The position numbers and the translations under genes are program-made. DNA of 56,516 nucleotides, filler included, from Sphacelaria rigidula (lineage: Eukaryota): assembly GCA_964200075.2 (NCBI GenBank). It is 7 parts of 7 records of this genome, joined end to end, with 100 filler letters (N's around TTAATTAATTAA, not from the genome) between each part and the next. Parts side by side here need not be neighbours in the genome. Positions count along the whole stretch, not along the records: positions 48,530 to 56,516 come from CAXNAA020012736.1; 6 more parts are not named here. One strand, given 5' to 3'. Shown here piece by piece: positions 48,578 to 56,516 of this stretch. Under the pieces are notes generated by a model. The model was not told the DNA's origin. It was given only the letters and a program-made list of their open reading frames with translations, and searched no databases. The stretch's first letter is position 1; each line of letters starts with the position of its first letter.

Positions 48578-50494
48578 AAAAGAAAAGAAAAAAAAAAAAA
48601 AAGAAAAAGAAAAAAAAAAAAAACATGAGAAAAAAAAAGAAGAAAACATTAGGAGAAAAAAAAAAGAGAACAAATAACAGACGAACGAACATTGAACAAC
48701 GATAAGACAACCGAGCGGAATAGAACGAATGAACACAAACCATGGAAACAAAGAAATAAAAATAGATCTACATACAAGACAACCCACTATTATAGAGGGA
48801 AGAACAAAAACAAGGAGCAAAAACTGAAGCTGTTGGTTTAGTATGCGACGTACGTAGCATAGATGGCAAAATAGCGGTAGATTCATCGTGCATGGCAAAT
48901 GACGACGTGTTCACTCACTGCGCACCATGTAGGTCCCTGTATAATGCTTGTACAGGGCTTGCGATTTGAGCCGCACTAAACCGGGTACCCGCACAAAACA
49001 GTTTTGGGCGTGAATAGTGCGGGAGCCGCACTATTCAGGTATCGAGATGCCTTGTCTAGTGCGGATCCCGCCCTCTTCACGTTTTCTGCGAGTTCAGGGT
49101 GAGTTATGCATGGCTCTTCCGCCCCAAAATAGGGGTACGCGTGATAGGGGGAACTGTGCACGTCGATGGACAGTGTGTATCTTCGTGGGTGAGCAGTGAA
49201 GGTGCATGTGACGAGCAGATAAGGCCATCTACTCCTGTGCGTATGGCATTTGCGGATGCAGGCACACCAAACCAAATGCTGCCACAGGGACAGACAACTG
49301 CCCATACTCACCGAACAAACACTCCAAACATTCTTCGTTTTTTCTGCTTGTGTGCGTTCCTCGCATCATTTGCCTTAGCAAAAGTCTAGCCCGTGGTCAC
49401 ACGCTAAACAGTGCAGGGAAAAACAGCAAATATAAACACGCAATAAAGCAACGCCCAGACGAGGCGAAGCAGTAGGTGCCCACGATGGTACAAGAACAGA
49501 AACTAAACGTGAACAAAATCAAGGAAAATAGGCACAACTAAGAAAGCCGAGAGTGCATCTTGCGGGTTCTCTACCCAAGCAAAAAACAAAGAAAGAGGTA
49601 TTACAGTATAGCGTAACGACACGGACATCTGTTGAGTACCATCTAAAAAAAAGACAGCGACGGTGGATGAACTGCGCACGCATGCGATCGTCACATAAGA
49701 CACAAATGTGAAATCCAGCCTCCCACAAGCAATTTATACGATAGACCTGCAAAACTCGTACGCGCGATTCGGTGACTCCTTACCCTCTGCACGAATCTCA
49801 GAATGGGGCAGCACCATCCTGCTGTAAGATGTCGGTAGCAATCACCCGTGATCTTGGTGGGAACCAAGCGTTTGGTTGGGGGTCTGACAGAGTTCTTCGG
49901 CTGCACAGGGCATCGTGTACCTCTACTGCTCTCTCTCTCCCTCGTGAGCTAGGGATACGTTAGGGTGCTGCTGTTTTGTGTCTGGTAAGGGTTGTGTGCA
50001 AATGGGTTGAGATTCGCTGCGATTTCAACGCCTCTCCAGCCTGGGGGCTCGCACCATAGTGATCTCATCATGAGTGCCCCTATAGTGCGGGACCCGCACT
50101 TCAGCGGGTTCTGTCCGTATCAAGCAATTTCACCGGCACAAATCCGGGCACCCGCACTACACAACCCGTACTTTACAGGAACCTCTGCTGTACTGTAAAT
50201 ATAAAATACACAGAGCATCTGTGTAGCACACAGCGTTTAGCCCACTGCACAGGAACGTTCGCCAAAACACAACAATCGACAACGATCTACCCACCACAAG
50301 CTTCATATTGCGTTAAAAAAACACATTCCTGAACTATAACGGACAGATCTTTATGCGCAAGGTAACTCAGAAAAACGAGCAAATACATATCATGGCCATG
50401 AATCTTTTGCCACGAAAACGATCGATACTACAAACAAGACACAAAGAAGCGGTAAAACTTCAAAATATCCAAGATGGCACGAACCTTAGACCTT

Positions 50495-50980
50495 TGGCTA
50501 CAGAGAATCGCGGTATCCTGACTTCAAAAGCATTCGTATATTGAAATGATACGGTATCGTACACGGTAAAAAAAAACCCGCAGATTCGTACGTCACCGCC
50601 CACACCTTACACAAACGGCCCATTTGAGTTGCAACCACCGCCTCGAGCACGATGCATGACTACAAATATTCACGGTATCCTGACTCAAGAGGAATTCGTA
50701 CATTGAAATGATATGGTATCGTATACGGTAAAAAAAAACATACGCAGATTCGTACGGCACACCTAATACCAACGGCCCGGTTGAGTTGCAACCACAGCCT
50801 TGAGCACGATGCATGGCTACAATTTTATACGGTATCCTGACTCCAGAAGCTTTCAAACATTGAAATGATACGGCATCGAATAGGGTCATGAACATGCATA
50901 CGTAGATACGTACGTCACCGCACACACCTCGCCTAAATAGCCCTTTTGAGTTGCCACCACTGCCTCGAGCACGATGCATG
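50495..50980. repeat. Three ~160-bp tandem copies spanning an exon 3' end, donor site and intron start
   Basis: CGGTATCCTGACT at 50511, 50673 and 50830; GAGCACGATGCATG in all three copies. Confidence 0.92.
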
Positions 50981-53358
50981 CCGCAACCCCCTGACCTTCC
51001 TCCACGACGTGTCTCCTGGCCTGCATATGCTCCCCTCGCACGAATGTCTCCAAAGCGGACCATTCTCCCAGAGACCATGCAGCGCGGCACCCCATCAACT
51101 CCGCCTGTGCGTTTCGATAGTCACTATTGTTGTTACCATTATAGTACTATCGATTATATAAAAAGCGGGGGTACTACACCCCTTTGATGTACATACTGTA
51201 GTCTCCATGCCATCTCCCCCTTTTGTAGACCACTTCACACATGTTTTCTATGAAGAGAACGCGTTTTGCAGAGGTGAACGCCTTAGCCGGCTAGCGGCAA
51301 GATTGTACTCCGTATTACTTTTTTTTTCTTTCCACATATATTTTTGTGTGTGTCGAGTGTCAAAGCCAACAATCTCCGCATACTCGTAGGAGTTGTTCGT
51401 TTGTAGAATCTACTTCCTCATCCCCCAACTGTGTTTTCACCCCCCTGTTGTTCTCAACTTCGGCTTTTCTATAATGACTACTCATCGCGGTGATCAGGCC
51501 GGAGTATCGCGGAGTTTGAACCCGGAGCCGTTTGGTCACGAAGTAAACATATTCATGTCGCCAATGTGAGAAAGTTATGAGCCCGCGACAAATACTTGCC
51601 GAAAATACCTCCTCCTATACCATGAGGAAATATCCATATCTTCATTATTAGTACACAACATCACCAACAACAACAATAGCGTGGATCCACCTCTCATAAC
51701 ACGTGATAAAAAATCGAACGCAGTGAACACGACGCATACCGTAACGTAGTACAACACATCCACCACAAGAAAAAAAAACATGACGAATTCGAAAACACGC
51801 GATCCGATGTCCCCTCGACAACTTTCAACGATCACTCTCCACGACCACTCTCTACGACGACGATCATAAAACATGACAACATGAAACAGACCTGTTTGAT
51901 CCAATCACCCCACGCCGGCTGAATCCCCGCCATTCGAGCGGCAGCGGCCAAACTCCCCGCCACACTCCCGCTGCCTGTTGTGCCTTTACTGAACCCACCG
52001 CCACCGCCGCCTTCCCCTCCCCCCGCGCCGCTAGCCCCTACATTCGCTTCACTCGCGCTACTCAGGCTGTGGGCACTGCCAAGACTGACAGTGCTGGCAA
52101 CGCTAGAGTGCCTCGTGCCCGACTGGGTCGTACTCGTCGCCGCCGTCGCCGCCGTTGCAGTCGTCGCCGCCGTCGCCGCTCCTGCAGATCCTACTGCCGT
52201 CGCGGATCCTGCTGTCCCCGATCCCGTGCCACCGCTGGCAGGGATACCGGTCACAAAAGCGGCGCCGGCTGCACCGAGAATCGGTACTGGCGATACAGCG
52301 GAAGCACGCAAGTTGCTGTTGTGCGCTATAGCGCGTGGGGACGCACCGGGAGATACCCGCGTGCTGGAGGAGGGGATTTCGGAACCAGTCCCAAGGCCGC
52401 TCCCAGTACCAGTTCCGGCAGCAGCGATAGCGGGAACCATTCCTTCTCCGGGAACTGTTCCTCCGGGAACTGTTCCTCCGCCAACGCCTGTTCGCGCATC
52501 GCTATCTCCGGTGCTCGCCGTTACACCGGTGGATGCAGACGAGGCCTTGGGCGTCGCCGGCGATGTAGGCGGCGGCGGCGGGGACGCGGCTCGACCGGTA
52601 GCAGGAGCAGGACGCGGAGGCAACGCCGATGGGGGAACGGTAGGTTCAATCGGTGGTGCTGGTGTCGTTGTTGGTGTCGGTGGTGGTGGCGGCGGGGTGG
52701 ACTGTCGCACTAGAGATGCACCAGTTGATCCCTCCGACGCCCACGCTGAGGCCGCCGCCACCGCGGCCGATGCCTCCGTCGATGACGAAACGCCCGCTGA
52801 GATCGTCTCCGTAGCCGGAACGGGTATTGCCGCTACCGACGCCTCGGCAGTAGTTGCCGATGATGCTTTGTCCACCATTCCAGTCCCGGCCGCCGGCAGT
52901 GCCGCTGCTTCCCCTGATGCGGCATCCGACAGCTTGGATCCACCGGTGACCGCCATGGTGGCCACAGCGTCGGCAGCCGAAGCCGGCGGTAACGGCTGCG
53001 AAACGGAGGAGGTGGCGGCGGTCACCGCTACTGCTACTGTAGGATGAGGCGCTTGGGATGGTTGTTGTGGTTGCTGAGGTGTCGACGGCAGCACAGCACT
53101 GGGCAACTCAGCGCCTTCCGGCAGCGGCGCTGGCGCCAGCACAAAGGCTGCAGCCACCACCTCTGTCGCAGCAGAAGTACTGGCGTTTGGCAGCGGGGGC
53201 GACGGCGTCAATCTAGGAGAGGTTGTTGATGCTGTCGGGGTAGGTGGTGCTGCCATCGGAAGGACAGATGGTGCGCCCGGCATCGGCGTTCCCGTCAGCA
53301 ATGAGGAGATTTGAGGTATCGGCCGTGGAACAGGCACGAGCGATGCCAGAGGCGATCG
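50928..53358 (-). CDS. Two internal exons (53358-51892, 51104-50928) of a TOR-like PIKK kinase, FAT domain region
   Basis: Both exons are phase 0 with CAG acceptors and GT donors (branch-like CTAAT before the first). Spliced text WIKQ-AELMGCRAAWSLGEWSALETFV..VLEAVVATQKGYLGE matches the recalled TOR FAT motif MAxxAAWxLGxWxxMxxYV..FxRAVL. Confidence 0.72.
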
Positions 53359-54279
53359 CTGAACAAATATTCGCGCGGATTAGAGACGGTGTACACACGC
53401 CCGGGAGGAGAGAGGGGAGGAGAGGAGCGCAGGAGAGGGGGTTAATGACCTTTGCGTGTCTTAGGGAACTAGCATTTTTTTTCGCAGAAGTTCACTTCTC
53501 ATATGCCTAGTAAGTTAGACGACGTAAGTGGAAAGATCAATAGCCAGAAACATGGCAACTTCGAACACGTTCTCAAGACACCATCACGGCATACTCGGGC
53601 GTCGAATAATGTTCCGCCTCTGAATGACTGGCAAAACAACAAATATGTATGTGCAATTGTATCATTTCACATTTTTCACAACTTTTGCCGAACTTCCTCT
53701 GGCGGCAACGCATGTTTCCCGCGCTTTCTTTTGCAGCGCACCAAGAAGCCTCAGCGGTATATTACCGTTCAGGTTCGAGTGTCAACTGATACCTGTGGCG
53801 CGTGTTCTGGCCACCGAAAGTCGCTCAAAATGGCCCTTTTTCGCGGGGTGTCAAAACACAAACCACGAAGGCCTTTTCAAGACGATTGAAAACTTGAAGC
53901 AGGAACCCGAACCACAAAAACCTGTTAAAAATCATAGAAAACTTGAAACAGGAATTTTTTGGCGGGGTATTTTTTCTCCGTGTTTCTCTTTGTTGCCTTC
54001 TCGTTCATTTGGGAGCACTAACACACCGTTTACGCCGCGAATGTCACGAGAACATGAGAGCAAAGCAGCTGAAAACATTTGAACATTGCCTTGGCCTTAG
54101 TCAGCAGCGAACACAAGACCGTGCCATCGGTCGTTGGCGAGTTGAACAAGGCACAGCAGCACAGGACGCAAAAAACAATCACCCTGTTTAAAAAAAAGGC
54201 CCAGTGATGTGGAAGCCACGATGATGTACGATCGTTTCACACGAGAACCACCACTCTCATGTCAATAGAAATGCAAACT

Positions 54280-54620
54280 TTCATGTGCAGCGAAAAACGA
54301 CAGCACTGCAAGTACATGCTCATTGAAAAAAATGGCGCAATGAAAAAGGCCCGGTGATTAGTCCGGCCGGCTTTGGAAAAAAACGCAACTCTCATGTGCA
54401 GAGAAAAAGCGAAGTGCTGAAAGAACATAACCGCGAGCTTCCCAAGTGAGAAAGAATATGCCGGGAATGTTCCACGCATTCCAACGCCAACCAAAGCCAC
54501 TCTTTTGTCCAGAGAAATGCAGACGCTCATGTGCAGGGAAGGAGCGAAGCACTGAAAGAACATACTCGCGAGCTTTCCAAGTGACAAAAAACATGCCAAG
54601 AATGTTCCACGCGTTCCAAT
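54280..54620. repeat. 2-3 diverged tandem copies (~110-136 bp)
   Basis: TCATGTGCAG at ~54281, 54392 and 54527; CGCGAGCTT.CCAAGTGA..AATGTTCCACGC.TTCCAA in the last two. Confidence 0.8.
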
Positions 54621-54700
54621 TTTTCGGGAAGTGTATCCCGCTGTCATGTCTTTGTGGCACGAGAGCTACTGCGCACTCTGGCATGTCGGGAATACCACAC

Positions 54701-55501
54701 ATGTCCTACGCCGGCGGTTCTGCCATCAGCGGTGACACAGGCTCCAACACCGGTGACGGTGACAGCGATCGTGGCGGTCACAATGACGGTAACCATGATG
54801 GCGATGACCAACAACATCCGCCAGGGACTTGGGAATTAATCAAACAAAATGGAGACGGAACTTGCTTGCTACGATATATTGCCCGACGAGTTTTCAACGA
54901 CCCGAATGCGCACACATTACTGAGAAAGCAACTTATTCAACGCATTCTCGAACACCTTCATGATCCCATTCCAGATTCTGGGAAAATGAAACTGCACGCT
55001 TCAATCTCGGCTGGAACTGATTTCGAACAAATACGGACTGCTGGTTGTCCAGACCAAACGTACAACAGCGTTCAACATTACCTTCAGCCCATGTCGCATC
55101 CATACGCATATGCCACTCATGTCGAAATTATTGCGGCGTAACCATTGTACAACGTTCCCATCCGTGTCACTCAAGTTGGTGAACCTTTTCCGGAGCCACC
55201 ATCCGATAACACACGCGGTATCTTGTACAGCCAAGATCACTACTGTACATTGAGATACAACAGCCTCTCTCGATCATTCATTTTCGACTTGCGTCATCCC
55301 CGAGAGGCTCGTACCAAACTCCTGAAGGGAAAACTTGTATGTACATATGACATATTTCACAACGGGAGGGGACAACTGATGAAAACCACAGCTGTGCGGA
55401 GTGCTACGGTGTTATTCCGGTGCAAGTCTGGACATATTCATCGACATAGGAAGACAAGACTGTTGAGGGTCGTTGATGTATTGCCAAGCCTGCATAACTA
55501 G
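54701..55501 (+). pseudogene. Intronless OTU-family cysteine protease domain with one premature stop
   Basis: NGDGTCLLRYIAR..HTLLRKQL..YATHVEIIAA*PLYNVPIRV..ILYSQDHYCTL. ORFs 54446-55141 and 55145-55501 are in the same frame across TAA 55139-55141. Confidence 0.8.
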
Positions 55502-55660
55502 TGAAACAGAATCGGGATCGCCTGGCCATATATCCCATAAATACCGCTCCGAAGTATGACGATGGGAAGTGAGCAATGAAACTTGACACGGCGGAACTTC
55601 GTCACGAAACAACCAAAACGCAAAAATTCGGGGTGCGATCAGCTTACCTCTACAATACTG

Positions 55661-56133
55661 AGGCCGCTTCTTATGGACTGAAAACAAATCTCTCTGAGAA
55701 CTGCCCTTTTGAACCCGGATTATTGGCGGAATACGGGCCTTGGCGAATTTGGCCTTCTCGGAAAGATTTGCTATATTTTTCACGAGGATTCCAGCGCGCT
55801 TGTCCGATCTTTCGTACTCCCAGATTACTCTCGGCCGGATTCTGGATTTTTTCAGACACCCTAAAAAAACTTCGAGTTGTCGGGAAAAAATACGTGTTTG
55901 TGCCGACAATTGGACGATTTTCGCGGCGACTGAAAAAATCCAGAACCTGGCCAACAGTAAAACTGGGCATACGAAAGATCAGACAAGCGCGCTGGAATCC
56001 TCGTGAAAAATATAGCAAATCTTTCCGAGGAGGCCAAATCCGCCAAGTCCAGTATTCCGCCAATGATCCGGGATGAAAGGTTCAAAAGGGCAGTTCTCAA
56101 AGAGATTTTTTTTCAGTCTAAAAGAAGCGGCCT
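55661..56133. repeat. Long foldback (~235-bp arms, essentially no spacer)
   Basis: AGGCCGCTTCTT..GAGAACTGCCCTTTTGAACC..GGATTCCAGCGCGCTTGTC mirrored on the other side of the centre AAATACGTGTTT (~55893). Confidence 0.93.
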
Positions 56134-56384
56134 GACATGCTGATTTATTTCTGCGTCAGGGTAAGCTAAGCGGACTCTATGGAAGCTAAAAAGTAAACTC
56201 CCCTCGTGAAGAGTAGAGAGTGACCAAGACAAAGTGAGCTACACCTGAATGAGATCGGAATAGAATAAAGCAGGTGTGAATATGACGCCATGCTTTCAAT
56301 ATCAACGACGCAGTAATCACCATGAGATCATACTACAGTAGCTTACAGTGGACATCACATGTACACGATATACCACCCCCCCTC

Positions 56385-56516
56385 GGTGACGCACCCATGA
56401 GGCAGTGTTCAAGCCGTGGCTGTCTCTGGAAGTGGCGATACCGGAAAATGAAGCAACTCAGTGGAAGCTGTCATTCAAATGCAAGATAATGAGTAGGCTT
56501 CGGGCCGCACAATCTT
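56385..56516 (+). mobile_element. LINE family B fragment cut by the window end
   Basis: ATGAAGCAACTCA..CAAATGCAAGATAATGAGTAGGCTT matches the reverse complement of ~28700-28775; C-run at 56376-56382 just upstream. Confidence 0.75.

Noticed and set aside
48976-49100. Candidate next FAT exon (AGSALDKASRYLNS)
   Set aside because: Lies in a GTGCGGG/CCCGCAC motif-rich repeat and lacks the expected ESY.RAY motif and convincing splice sites.
51980-53047. 355-aa plus-strand ORF
   Set aside because: Antisense shadow of the GC-rich minus-strand exon, which has the splice signals.
55412-56100. Mirror-image ORFs on both strands
   Set aside because: By-product of the long palindrome; no recognisable domain.

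Overview
Eukaryotic, intron-rich, repeat-rich DNA; gene style and repeats most resemble a brown-algal (Phaeophyceae) genome (inference). The window is not one locus: seven contigs of 7987-7989 bp are joined by identical 100-bp N44-TTAATTAATTAA-N44 linkers. Contig 1: degraded LINE interrupted by a non-autonomous hAT-type element and by a short 3' fragment, probably of its own family. Contig 2: ~237-bp tandem array with palindromic junctions and a frameshifted Ty1/copia element. Contig 3: multi-exon TPR gene and the last exon of a convergent gene. Contig 4: dense MITE nest and a partial spliced gene. Contig 5: SINE/LINE/MITE fragments and an orphan exon. Contig 6: 5' part of a SAS-4/CENPJ centriole gene. 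Contig 7: two exons of a TOR-like PIKK FAT domain with a very long low-complexity insert, a tandem duplication of an exon/donor junction, an intronic OTU-protease pseudogene and a ~470-bp foldback. The strongest cross-contig signal is a pair of LINE families that end in ...GTAC with no poly(A) tail and insert into poly-C runs. All protein assignments come from recalled family motifs; no searches were run.
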